A stretch of 62,799 nucleotides of DNA from a virus. The stretch lies in the IMG/VR virus record IMGVR_UViG_3300028840_003424; one strand, given 5' to 3'. The stretch's first letter is position 1; each line of letters begins with the position of its first letter. The notes beneath the pieces are model-generated. The model searched no databases and was not told the origin of the DNA. It was given only the letters and a program-made list of their open reading frames with translations. The position numbers were made by a program, and so were the translations under genes. Of this stretch, positions 38,295 through 45,988 are shown in pieces.

Positions 38295-38338
38295 GGTTCT
38301 AGCGTTTGATAGGTTCAATCACACGAAAGGAAAAAACG

Positions 38339-39742
38339 ATGTTGACGGTAAAGGATCTGAAACGATTTTGCGGACGTGGTTATGCGCTCAAGAACATTGG
38401 GCGTAAGGTGTTTTGGTTCAAGGATCCCGAGAACGGATTGGCGCCGTTCTGGAGTGATGGTAGCATGACCATCTTTTCAGATGCCCCAAGCACGATCAAG
38501 CGTCGGGCGGAGGATCCGGCAAAGTGGCCCAAGTTGCCCCAGACGATCGCGCGGTTTTTGCCCAAGTTGATCAAGTCACTTACGCCGATCATGGTCGGGG
38601 CGCTCAAGAGCGAGACGGACGATATCTCCCATCTTTTGATGCTTGTCGATGCCGATGAGCAAGTCCACTTTTTGGATGCCCGACGCATTGCCATGGTGCT
38701 TGCATCGGATGACCCAGAAACGACGATCGCAGATCTCGAGTTTTTGACCGAAAACAAGGGCAAGGGCAAACCGATCCTTGTGAGAATCAACAAGCAAACC
38801 CGGGCGATCGTTGCGCAATGCGCGATCACGGGTGATTTTGAGTTTGATTCCCCTCACACTTATGTCTTTGCCGATGAGGCCGGCGCGGATGAGACCGGCG
38901 CGGATGAGACCGACGCCGATGAGACCGACGCCGATGAGACCGACGCCGATGAGGCCGACGCCGATGAGACCGACGCCGATGAGACCGACGCCGATGAGAC
39001 CGACGCCGATGAGACCGACGCCGATGAGACCCCAGAAGAACCATGGTGCACCGCAGACGATGCCCCAAGGCCCAAGCTTAAGGTCTGGAGAGCGATCAAA
39101 TCTTACCCACGTTTCACACTTGACGATGACGGGTACACTCTGTATACCGGGGCGATCAATCCCACCATGTATCAAGCAAAAACGCGCAAGTTTGAGTATA
39201 AGCCGGGGCGGGGCGGGTTTGCACATTCGATTTATGGATTGGTTGAAACGACCAACCATTTTGACGGGGCGGATGCCGACGCGATCGGTAACCCGTTCCA
39301 ATTCTCTTGGGACGATTGGAGCGAGTATACCTCAAGTCCAGAGTATACCCGTGGTCCTACGATGGGTGTCTGGTACATGGCCGATCGTGAAAATGGTCCC
39401 ACGGATACGGATTGGGCATATGCGGATGAGTTGGCACGTCAAGAACGGGTGATCGGTCTTTTGCTCATTGCCAAGCTTGCCGATGGTAGCATTTGGGGAT
39501 ACTTTTTGCCGGGGCGATCGCCAGATGTGCGCGATACGATGTGGGCCTACAAAACCAAGATCAAGGGCGCAAGCAAGACCAAGGCCAAGCCCGAGGCCGA
39601 TGAGCCCGAGGCCGATGAGCCCGAGGCCGATGAGCCCGAGGCCGATGAGCCCGAGGCCGATGAGCCCGAGGCCGATGAGCCCGAGGCCGATGAGCCCGAG
39701 GCCGACGCCGACGCGATCGCCTTGCCGGAAAAGGCAAGCTAA
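38339..39742 (+). CDS. Hypothetical protein with two acidic tandem-repeat tracts
   Basis: ATG 38339 after the conserved leader. (ADETD)n and (EADEP)n tracts encoded by 15-bp repeats. Confidence 0.7.
   Translation: MLTVKDLKRFCGRGYALKNIGRKVFWFKDPENGLAPFWSDGSMTIFSDAPSTIKRRAEDPAKWPKLPQTIARFLPKLIKSLTPIMVGALKSETDDISHLLMLVDADEQVHFLDARRIAMVLASDDPETTIADLEFLTENKGKGKPILVRINKQTRAIVAQCAITGDFEFDSPHTYVFADEAGADETGADETDADETDADETDADEADADETDADETDADETDADETDADETPEEPWCTADDAPRPKLKVWRAIKSYPRFTLDDDGYTLYTGAINPTMYQAKTRKFEYKPGRGGFAHSIYGLVETTNHFDGADADAIGNPFQFSWDDWSEYTSSPEYTRGPTMGVWYMADRENGPTDTDWAYADELARQERVIGLLLIAKLADGSIWGYFLPGRSPDVRDTMWAYKTKIKGASKTKAKPEADEPEADEPEADEPEADEPEADEPEADEPEADEPEADADAIALPEKAS
38870..39034 (+). 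repeat. In-frame 15-bp tandem repeat, about 11 units (GCCGATGAGACCGAC; peptide ADETD)
   Basis: Direct reading of consecutive 15-nt units with a few substitutions. Confidence 0.9.
39590..39709 (+). repeat. In-frame 15-bp tandem repeat, 7 full units plus 1 partial (CCCGAGGCCGATGAG; peptide PEADE)
   Basis: Seven identical consecutive units, then a diverged unit. Confidence 0.9.
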
Positions 39743-39750
39743 CACTACTC

Positions 39751-39784
39751 CAGAAAGGCCATAGGTTATCCTATGGCCTTTCTG
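39751..39784 (+). terminator. Terminator hairpin after the acidic-repeat gene
   Basis: CAGAAAGGCCATAGG-TTAT-CCTATGGCCTTTCTG, 15-bp perfect stem; a second hairpin follows at 39797-39828. Confidence 0.6.
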
Positions 39785-39796
39785 CTTGCGTCCATT

Positions 39797-39828
39797 CTCC
39801 AGAGTACAAGAGACCTTGTATTCTGGAG
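39797..39828 (+). terminator. Second tandem hairpin
   Basis: CTCCAGAGTACAAG-AGAC-CTTGTATTCTGGAG, 14 bp with one G-U pair. Confidence 0.4.
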
Positions 39829-39884
39829 AGTAGAAACAAGCGGAAAAAAACAAAGTACACCATTTTTTGAAAGGATGGAACGTC

Positions 39885-40106
39885 ATGGGTAACCCGATCA
39901 AACGCAACCTCAAGCAAGAAATGCAAGAAAGACGTGCTAGACAATACGCTCGCGCATGGGCGAATAGCATAGTACGTGTGCGATGTCTCACGTGTGGGCA
40001 TGTGTGGTATGGACCAAAAGGATCCGTGTACAAAGAGTATGCTTGTTGTTCGATGCCCGGTTGTCTGGGCGCCTATAGGGTCGAAAAAGAAAGGATCGGG
40101 ACATGA
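39885..40106 (+). CDS. Small zinc-ribbon protein
   Basis: GAAAGGA SD; CLTCGH...CCSMPGC. Confidence 0.5.
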   Translation: MGNPIKRNLKQEMQERRARQYARAWANSIVRVRCLTCGHVWYGPKGSVYKEYACCSMPGCLGAYRVEKERIGT

Positions 40107-40492
40107 GTAAAGCATTGATCGGGATGATACGAAAAAAGGATCCGCACAAGACGTATCCTCAAGGAGTTGTTTGGCGCAAGGCATGCATGCCCTTTTTGGA
40201 AGATGGGGCGGATTATATCCGGCTTCACTTGCCCAAGGGTTGGCTTGCCTTGCCCTTGATTCAAGATGCCGCATACTTGGGCATGTGGTTTAATCCCCAG
40301 ACGTTAGAAACGATCGCTTGGTTTGAGGGGGATCTGCTACACTCGATATCCCCAGACAAGGCCACATTGGTCAAGGTCTGCGATCAAGCCTTACATGACA
40401 TCGACGGTAAACCGGAAACGCAAGCGGAACACCAAGCATACGCAAGAGCGATCAACAAGGTTAGAGCAACCTTGTGCAACCACTGGCACTAG
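40103..40492 (+). CDS. Hypothetical protein
   Basis: ATGA overlap with the upstream gene; followed by the palindromic terminator. Confidence 0.55.
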   Translation: MSKALIGMIRKKDPHKTYPQGVVWRKACMPFLEDGADYIRLHLPKGWLALPLIQDAAYLGMWFNPQTLETIAWFEGDLLHSISPDKATLVKVCDQALHDIDGKPETQAEHQAYARAINKVRATLCNHWH

Positions 40493-40499
40493 AACGGCA

Positions 40500-40531
40500 A
40501 AGAGCCCAAGATCTCGAGATCTTGGGCTCTT
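40500..40531. terminator. Bidirectional terminator / 32-bp perfect palindrome
   Basis: AAGAGCCCAAGATCTCGAGATCTTGGGCTCTT, between convergent genes (+ stop at 40492, - ORFs downstream). Confidence 0.7.
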
Positions 40532-40553
40532 GCGACCTTGCGACCTTGCGCGA

Positions 40554-40697
40554 CTACCGTCGCCGCCTGGCCGCTGCCCGCCGCGATGCGGCGACCGCTC
40601 GACGCATCGCTCTTTCACGCGCAGCGTTCACGCCACCAAGCGCTCGACGCTCGCCCTCTTCTCTAGCCCTACGTGCGGCCCTGGAGGTTCCACCCAT
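40554..40697 (-). CDS. Possible 47-aa Arg/Ala-rich protein
   Basis: ATGA-coupled to the upstream gene's stop; fills the gap up to the terminator; below the ORF-track cutoff. Confidence 0.25.
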   Translation of the reverse strand: MGGTSRAARRAREEGERRALGGVNAARERAMRRAVAASRRAAARRRR

Positions 40698-41044
40698 CAG
40701 TTATCACCTGCCTTTTGCATCACTTTGGACATGGCGCGCTCTCCGCGCCGCGTCACTCGACTGGTAACCCATATAGCGTGGACGTTCTCTGGTACAGCCC
40801 CGGCGAATGAAAGCCGGAGATCCACGCCCCCACCGTAAAACAGCACGTTTTTAGGTTCTAGCGTCTCTAGCACCCGTTGCGCTGTACCGGTCAAGACGTT
40901 CAATCTACTCTTGTCTAGCTGCTGCGTGTGAATCTCGATTGCAATGCAGGGCGCTCCCTTTGGGATGCCCATAATGCTATACTCTACGCACTCCGCAGCG
41001 GCGATCTCGATGTCTGGGATAACGTATATCCCTGCCTCTTGCAT
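40697..41044 (-). CDS. C-terminal part of a DUF4417-like domain (downstream of an in-frame TGA)
   Basis: In the same frame as 41057..41914, separated by TGA plus 4 codons. GIYVIPDI...IMGIPKGAPCIAIE resembles the family's second half (from memory). Confidence 0.5.
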   Translation of the reverse strand: MQEAGIYVIPDIEIAAAECVEYSIMGIPKGAPCIAIEIHTQQLDKSRLNVLTGTAQRVLETLEPKNVLFYGGGVDLRLSFAGAVPENVHAIWVTSRVTRRGERAMSKVMQKAGDN

Positions 41045-41056
41045 GTAGCGGCCTAC

Positions 41057-41914
41057 TCACCGACGCTTGAATACCTGCATCAGGTTCAGCACGAGCGGAT
41101 CAGCGCCCCACATCGAATAGTTTGGCTCTACGGCAAGCTTGAATCCAGCGTTGAGCATTTTGGCAACGTACACATTAGGCTGCAAAAACCAGTTCTCAAA
41201 ACGGTAATCGTCCACGTAAAAGGCCAGCATAGCCCGGTCTATGTCGAGCCCTTTCATGCTGTCCGATCCGTAGCAGTACAACCAAGAGCCTTCCCATTCT
41301 GCATCTGACGCATCAGGGCCGGCCCAGATGTCTAGGGGCTCGGGGCACTCTGCGAGCATGTCAGGCTTGAGATCGGGGATGCCCATGATGTTGCTCGACT
41401 CAAAGTCCATCCAGGCCTTTAATGCAGAGGCTCCTGGCAACTCCGAACTGACATCATCCAAGCCTTGAGCGTCCTGTACTTCTTCCTCTGCGATCTGAAA
41501 TAGTTGCTTTAGCTGCTCCGGGTTCCACGCTTTGGACAGGTCAACGCCCTTTTCCCACTTGGCTTTGAGAGTCTTTGCGCTCCATTTGAGACCAGCGGCG
41601 GCAGTGGCATTGTCCAGAATGGCAAGCTCATCACGGCGCGGGTCGTCAGGGTCTAGATCCTCCCGCACGACGACCACATACTCGTCCCCTGTCGTCGCGA
41701 CCTCCACAACCTTGCGGATGCCCGCTCTTTTTGCTGCAACCAGACTCTTGTTTCCGGCCATCATGCGCCGACTGTTATCTGCCAGGCCGGAGCGACCGGC
41801 ACGCAAGGATCGCATGCTTTCATCGAGCATTTCACGCCCTGCCTTGGTGCCCTCATTGGCGTTTTCTGGGTCAAGGCTGTATTCCTCTATGGAATGCTCA
41901 GTGACCTTTGCCAC
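41057..41914 (-). CDS. ParB N-terminal-like domain plus the first part of a DUF4417-like domain
   Basis: ParB/Srx-like LDPENANEG...AGNKSLVAAKRAGIRKVVEV; FYVDDYRFENWF...EPNYSMW resembles DUF4417. Confidence 0.55.
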   Translation of the reverse strand: MAKVTEHSIEEYSLDPENANEGTKAGREMLDESMRSLRAGRSGLADNSRRMMAGNKSLVAAKRAGIRKVVEVATTGDEYVVVVREDLDPDDPRRDELAILDNATAAAGLKWSAKTLKAKWEKGVDLSKAWNPEQLKQLFQIAEEEVQDAQGLDDVSSELPGASALKAWMDFESSNIMGIPDLKPDMLAECPEPLDIWAGPDASDAEWEGSWLYCYGSDSMKGLDIDRAMLAFYVDDYRFENWFLQPNVYVAKMLNAGFKLAVEPNYSMWGADPLVLNLMQVFKRR

Positions 41915-41917
41915 AGG

Positions 41918-42355
41918 CTATTTGCTCTCCGGCTTTTCCTCAGAGACATAGGAGACAGCGCCCAACGAGATAGGCAAGACGCCCTGCTCTCGTAGCATGA
42001 CGGTAGAGGCATACTGCTCTTGCGCAAGCTCTCGCGGCCACGACTTGGCGCGGGAAACGATATCTTGGGCAAAAAGGGCGACCAGCGCGGTCAGTACGCG
42101 CCCAAGGACAAGCGGCATCTGTGGATAGCTGGCCGGATCGAAGAGATTGACCCCGGCGAACCAACAGAGCAACCCGGCGACAATGGCCTGAATGTACTGC
42201 TCTGCAAAGTCCAGAATATCGATCGCAAGCGCAAGGTTGGGCCTGGCATCGGATCGAGTGGACAAAAAGGTGACGATCGGCTGGTAAAAGTGTTCCACGA
42301 TCGCGAGAGATACAGCGGCAAAAAGGGCTACTCCGGCAATGGCTTCACCGTTCAT
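41918..42355 (-). CDS. Multi-pass membrane protein
   Basis: Three or four hydrophobic segments (IAGVALFAAVSLAIV, IQAIVAGLLCWFAGV, LVLGRVLTALVALFA). Confidence 0.55.
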   Translation of the reverse strand: MNGEAIAGVALFAAVSLAIVEHFYQPIVTFLSTRSDARPNLALAIDILDFAEQYIQAIVAGLLCWFAGVNLFDPASYPQMPLVLGRVLTALVALFAQDIVSRAKSWPRELAQEQYASTVMLREQGVLPISLGAVSYVSEEKPESK

Positions 42356-42435
42356 GGCGACCTCCAGTGGGGTGGTGGAGCGGGTAGGACAGACAGGTGA
42401 CCCGCCCCACCAAAGGCTAGATACTCATCAGCTTG

Positions 42436-42444
42436 ATTGTACCA
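42436..42444 (-). promoter_or_regulatory. Extended -10 promoter (TGGTACAAT on the minus strand)
   Basis: Reverse complement gaatcgTGGTACAATcaagc, upstream of the minus-strand gene starting at 42355. Confidence 0.6.
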
Positions 42445-42469
42445 CGATTCTGCACTTACTGTCAAGCGT

Positions 42470-42652
42470 CTAAAAGTCGTCAAGGTGTAGCCATAGGGAA
42501 ATGCGCACATAAATGGGACCAAACAAGCGAATCAGCATGCACAGAATCCACCGGAAACAGTCTCCGATCGCGCCAAGGAGAAAGACAAAGGGAATAGCGA
42601 TCAGGCACAGGGCAATACGTAAGTGGTCCTTGATCATGCCTCCAACCCCCAT
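42470..42652 (-). CDS. Small membrane protein
   Basis: Two hydrophobic segments in 60 aa. Confidence 0.45.
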   Translation of the reverse strand: MGVGGMIKDHLRIALCLIAIPFVFLLGAIGDCFRWILCMLIRLFGPIYVRISLWLHLDDF

Positions 42653-43392
42653 CGAACGGCAGTGCGCGGATTCGGCATTTGTCGCTTGTGCTTGACCAAG
42701 AACCCTGACGCCTGTTCAATTGTTCGCGGCGTTTCCCCGTTCATCCCGGCGACAAGTTCAAGATACTCTGCCTTGGTCACGACCGGCCAAGACAACTGTT
42801 CGATCTTACTCTCGAGATCTGCGATGCGATCTTCCAGCACGGAGCTTGCACGCTCGACAACGTTTCCGTTGTCGATGTCAAACTGGCGTTTTTCGTCAAG
42901 CCAGCTTTCCATGCGCATCTCGTAAGAGGCAAAGAGAAAGCCTGTCTCGACAAGACCCCCATAATAGTCGGCGGCGACTGTCAAGCCGCTGACAATTGGC
43001 CCCCAATTGAGAACAAATGTCTGCCACGTCGGGGCAAGCGTGCTGCGTGACGCAAACGTGACAAGCAAGTTGACCATTGTCCCCAAGAGTGACAGGATGA
43101 GCGCCCAGATGTCCCAAGCGTTGGCCTCTTTGCGCAAGATTTTGCGAAAGACCTCGATCACAGTGCCGGGCGTGTTCAACTCTGCGCCCCAGACAATCAT
43201 GCCACTTGACACAATCACGAGCCAAGACTGCACAGTCGGGCGGATCACGCCGATGTCAGAAAAGGAAAAGGCAAAGATCCCACTGACAAAAAAGCCAAAC
43301 GCAGAGACAATGATCGGGCCAAGCATGCTAAACGTCCGCCAATCTCGCTGCGGCTCGCGCGGTTTCGGTTTCCAAAACTGAATTTCAGACAT
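42634..43392 (-). CDS. Membrane protein (about 4 TM) with a coiled-coil/soluble C-terminal domain
   Basis: TM-like segments in the first 160 aa; then VLEDRIADLESKIEQLS. Confidence 0.6.
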   Translation of the reverse strand: MSEIQFWKPKPREPQRDWRTFSMLGPIIVSAFGFFVSGIFAFSFSDIGVIRPTVQSWLVIVSSGMIVWGAELNTPGTVIEVFRKILRKEANAWDIWALILSLLGTMVNLLVTFASRSTLAPTWQTFVLNWGPIVSGLTVAADYYGGLVETGFLFASYEMRMESWLDEKRQFDIDNGNVVERASSVLEDRIADLESKIEQLSWPVVTKAEYLELVAGMNGETPRTIEQASGFLVKHKRQMPNPRTAVRWGLEA

Positions 43393-43567
43393 CTTTTTCT
43401 TCCCTCTCTTTCAGTGGGATCAAAGAACCGTATCGAAACAGACGACAAATAGGCTCATTGATGGTCAGAGCCAGCGGTTCTGATTGTTTGTTTGTGCGTA
43501 GGATTCGGGTGTGTACCAGATTGATAGGATCGACGCGCACAAACCTCACTTGCTGTTTATCGCTCAT
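43385..43567 (-). CDS. Hypothetical small protein
   Basis: 8-nt overlap with the downstream gene. Confidence 0.4.
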   Translation of the reverse strand: MSDKQQVRFVRVDPINLVHTRILRTNKQSEPLALTINEPICRLFRYGSLIPLKEREEKDV

Positions 43568-43865
43568 GTGGAGCCTCGGCCCACAGCAGCCCGGCCAATT
43601 CTGGGGTCGCTCCAGGTTTTACTTGACCCCCGCTTGGTCCTGCTGGCTCCAATCCAAACGCCAACCCCACCGAAAGCAGCGTATTGTACACGCCTTGCCG
43701 GTATGCGTGCAACAACTTCTCAGAGTCAACACCCATCACTGGATCGCTTGGCACAGCCAAACTGGCAAGAAGCTCAAGAGCCACCCTGGCAGACCCTTCA
43801 CTAGCGCACGCCGTAGCGCGCAAAACGTTTGCAATGTCTCGCCTGAAATAAACATCCAGTCCCAT
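43557..43865 (-). CDS. Hypothetical protein
   Basis: GAAAGG SD upstream. Confidence 0.5.
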   Translation of the reverse strand: MGLDVYFRRDIANVLRATACASEGSARVALELLASLAVPSDPVMGVDSEKLLHAYRQGVYNTLLSVGLAFGLEPAGPSGGQVKPGATPELAGLLWAEAPHER

Positions 43866-43877
43866 CGTAGCACCTTT

Positions 43878-44057
43878 CTAGGCTATAGCCCCTGTTTTGA
43901 TCTGAAATCCCCACGCCCGGACGCGGGGTTCCCCCGGTTCATTTGAAAACACGCTTTCAACGACCAGTTGGAGCGTGCCTTGCTTCATGTGGTCGGAGAA
44001 GAGCAGCCCGGCCACAAACCCCATCAAAAGCGCATTTGCAACCCATATCCACAACAT
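43878..44057 (-). CDS. Possible 59-aa single-pass membrane protein
   Basis: MLWIWVANALLMGFVAGLLF...; GAAAAGGA SD; below the ORF-track cutoff. Confidence 0.35.
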   Translation of the reverse strand: MLWIWVANALLMGFVAGLLFSDHMKQGTLQLVVESVFSNEPGEPRVRAWGFQIKTGAIA

Positions 44058-44072
44058 CAGCTTGTCCTTTTC

Positions 44073-44112
44073 CGGTTTCAGTTTCGGTTTCCGGTTCCGA
44101 TTCGGTTTCGGT
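44073..44112. repeat. Short GGTTTC-type microrepeat (about 6 units, period 6-7 nt)
   Basis: CGGTTTCAGTTTCGGTTTCCGGTTCCGATTCGGTTTCGGTG, in the gap between two minus-strand genes. Confidence 0.6.
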
Positions 44113-44144
44113 GCTGACCGTTATGCAAAAAATCGGTTTTCCGA

Positions 44145-44885
44145 TCAGTGGGGTGGGGGAGGCAGAGCCCCCATCCGTTCAGCGATCTGCCTCATCTTTC
44201 GGTCGCGACGGTAAAGATCCGCCTCGTCGTACAGCCATCGGATCGCCCCGTTCCCCCGCTCTTCCGCCCATCCCAAGCGCAGCCAAATGTCTTTATACTT
44301 GGTGTAGAGGTTTTGCCCACCCTGGTAACGAGCGTCAAATTCCTCTTTCGTTGGCCTGTCATACATCTCGTGTGTGACGTCTATGATCTCTTCCATCAGC
44401 GAGAACTCGCGCATGTTCGGCTCTGGCTTGTGTACAGTTGCAGGAATGGCCTTCGTTTGGTTTGCGTAGGCTCTACTTTGCGCTTTCGCTTCGATCTTCT
44501 TCTTGACCTGATCCATCGTATCCTGCCACTTTTCCCCAATGGTGCGCGGACGCTCCTTGTTGTGCCTGTCGATCGTAACCAGCCGGTCCTTGTAGACCGT
44601 TTTGGGCTTGCGCTCTCTTGGAGGCAGGGTAGCAATCAAGGTGCCCGCCCACACAAAGCTGGTCAGAAGGACGTACACAATGGTTTGTGTAGGAAACAAC
44701 ACAAAGAACAGCTTACCCGCCGACTCCATAGCAACGTCGAGCCGGTCTCCGCTCACCCAGGCGTACCCTAGTCGAGACACGGACACAATTGCTGATGTCG
44801 AAAGCGACACCAGCAACGGCCACTTGAAATAGATCAGCATATGCGATTCTGAATGATTCTCCCTTCGGCTGCCACCGTCAATCAT
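44145..44885 (-). CDS. Membrane protein with a soluble C-terminal domain
   Basis: GAAAGGGG SD; three hydrophobic segments in the N-terminal ~95 aa. Confidence 0.6.
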   Translation of the reverse strand: MIDGGSRRENHSESHMLIYFKWPLLVSLSTSAIVSVSRLGYAWVSGDRLDVAMESAGKLFFVLFPTQTIVYVLLTSFVWAGTLIATLPPRERKPKTVYKDRLVTIDRHNKERPRTIGEKWQDTMDQVKKKIEAKAQSRAYANQTKAIPATVHKPEPNMREFSLMEEIIDVTHEMYDRPTKEEFDARYQGGQNLYTKYKDIWLRLGWAEERGNGAIRWLYDEADLYRRDRKMRQIAERMGALPPPPH

Positions 44886-44930
44886 GGCCGCCCCTTTCTG
44901 GGCTTTGTCGCCCTCAAAATCTACACTGTC

Positions 44931-44939
44931 ATTGTACCA
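44931..44939 (-). promoter_or_regulatory. Extended -10 promoter (TGGTACAAT on the minus strand)
   Basis: Reverse complement agTGGTACAATgacag, about 45 nt upstream of the ATG at 44885. Confidence 0.6.
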
Positions 44940-44971
44940 CTAAACTTGTCAAAGGCAATAGGAAAAAAGTA

Positions 44972-45301
44972 CTATGTCTGAACAGTCTTGACTTCCCATT
45001 GCCCGGAGTCTGACTTGTAGGCTGTCCACGATTGTACAGATGTCCCAAACGGTGGATGACATTTTGAGCAAAGCCAGTTGCCGCCCGGACCTTGGTAGAA
45101 ATCTGTCCCATAGCACCAGGGACACGCACCGGCTGCAAGCAACTCCTTCTTGTGCTTGTACTCTGCCGCCTTGCGCTCCAGGTAGGCGATCCGATCCTCT
45201 TTGGGTATAAAGGTTCCGGTAGGCGGATGCGGATGCAGTTTGTTCTGCATCTGCTCGTCCCACGTGTCCCGATCGTCAAGGTCTAGTATCAGTTGTCCCA
45301 T
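44972..45301 (-). CDS. Zinc-ribbon protein
   Basis: CPWC...CSKC. Confidence 0.5.
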   Translation of the reverse strand: MGQLILDLDDRDTWDEQMQNKLHPHPPTGTFIPKEDRIAYLERKAAEYKHKKELLAAGACPWCYGTDFYQGPGGNWLCSKCHPPFGTSVQSWTAYKSDSGQWEVKTVQT

Positions 45302-45678
45302 GGATATCTCCCCTTCATTTCAAAGAACTGTTTGACCAGCTTGATAGCGGAGTTGTCGTCAAGCCGCTCCTTGGTAAACTCGTAAACGACCCAGCCGCAT
45401 GTTTGTGCGACGTTGGCAAAGTCTCGATCTCGCTGATACCCGTCCTTTCGCAGATGTGCGCCCCGGCTTTTTCCGCTCCCATCCGTGACCCCACCCTGGA
45501 TCATGACGACCAGATGGACCGGGTATCTCCAAGAAAAATCAGTCTCGACCCCATAAAGAACCTCATGCCATAGAGGCAGTGGGACGCTTGGCTCGTCTTT
45601 GCATTGCGCCCAAAATTGAAACTCCAGCGGACTCTCTCCTAAAATCTCGCGCTCTAGTTCAGCGATGTCGATAGACAT
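45289..45678 (-). CDS. Vsr/DUF559-like endonuclease-fold protein (tentative)
   Basis: ETDFSW...LVVMIQGG...GWVVYEFTKERL resembles PD-(D/E)xK Vsr-like proteins; weak. Confidence 0.35.
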   Translation of the reverse strand: MSIDIAELEREILGESPLEFQFWAQCKDEPSVPLPLWHEVLYGVETDFSWRYPVHLVVMIQGGVTDGSGKSRGAHLRKDGYQRDRDFANVAQTCGWVVYEFTKERLDDNSAIKLVKQFFEMKGRYPWDN

Positions 45679-45988
45679 AAATCAACTCCTGTATCTGTGC
45701 GCGCTCATACGTGCCCCACTTGCGTTTGGTCCACCTACGGCAGTAGTGCAGCCACACTCTAGGCGGCACCCCTTCGGATAAAGCAGCCTCTCCGAGCCGA
45801 TGGCGCAAACGTGCAGTTTCATCTTGCCCCGCTTGCATCCGCTCCCACTGGCGCCGATGCTTGCTGCATGTCGTCGCCTTGTCCGTGATCGGGATGTCGC
45901 AGATGGGACACGTTTTCCCTAGTTTGTGCTGATAGTTGTATGAGTGCTTGGCCTCCACGTATCGGTTGCGGATCCTCTTCTTGGTCAT
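45659..45988 (-). CDS. Hypothetical zinc-finger protein
   Basis: ORF trimmed to the ATG at 45988 (TGATG junction with the primase stop). CPICD...C..H. Confidence 0.45.
   Translation of the reverse strand: MTKKRIRNRYVEAKHSYNYQHKLGKTCPICDIPITDKATTCSKHRRQWERMQAGQDETARLRHRLGEAALSEGVPPRVWLHYCRRWTKRKWGTYERAQIQELIYVYRHR

Noticed and set aside
38576-39452. ORFs 38811-39452 (+), 38576-39301 (-), 38826-39068 (-) and 38860-39099 (-), with PMRPT, GLIGV, HRRRS and SSASV repeats
   Set aside because: They are alternative-frame readings of the same 15-bp repeats. Only the ADETD frame is continuous with a promoter, an SD and non-repeat domains.
38870-39709. Possible CRISPR array (regular short repeats)
   Set aside because: The units are 15 bp, directly abutting with no spacers, in frame within one ORF, and encode acidic pentapeptides. 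These are coding tandem repeats, not CRISPR.
40323-40838. Plus-strand ORFs 40323-40838 and 40474-40767
   Set aside because: They run through the palindromic terminator and into minus-strand coding sequence, and their content is Arg/Ser/Pro-rich and non-protein-like.
41057-41059. Genome-wide stop-codon reassignment (TGA or TAG read as sense)
   Set aside because: TGA, TAG and TAA each terminate several well-supported genes: terL and portal end in TGA, the capsid candidate and the MuF-like gene in TAG, and others in TAA. A global recoding does not fit, so the interruptions are treated as local events or errors.
43943-44377. 144-aa plus-strand ORF across the GGTTTC repeat region
   Set aside because: It overlaps minus-strand genes that have SDs and TM-helix structure. 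Its composition is Arg/Ser/Pro-rich, and it has no promoter or SD.
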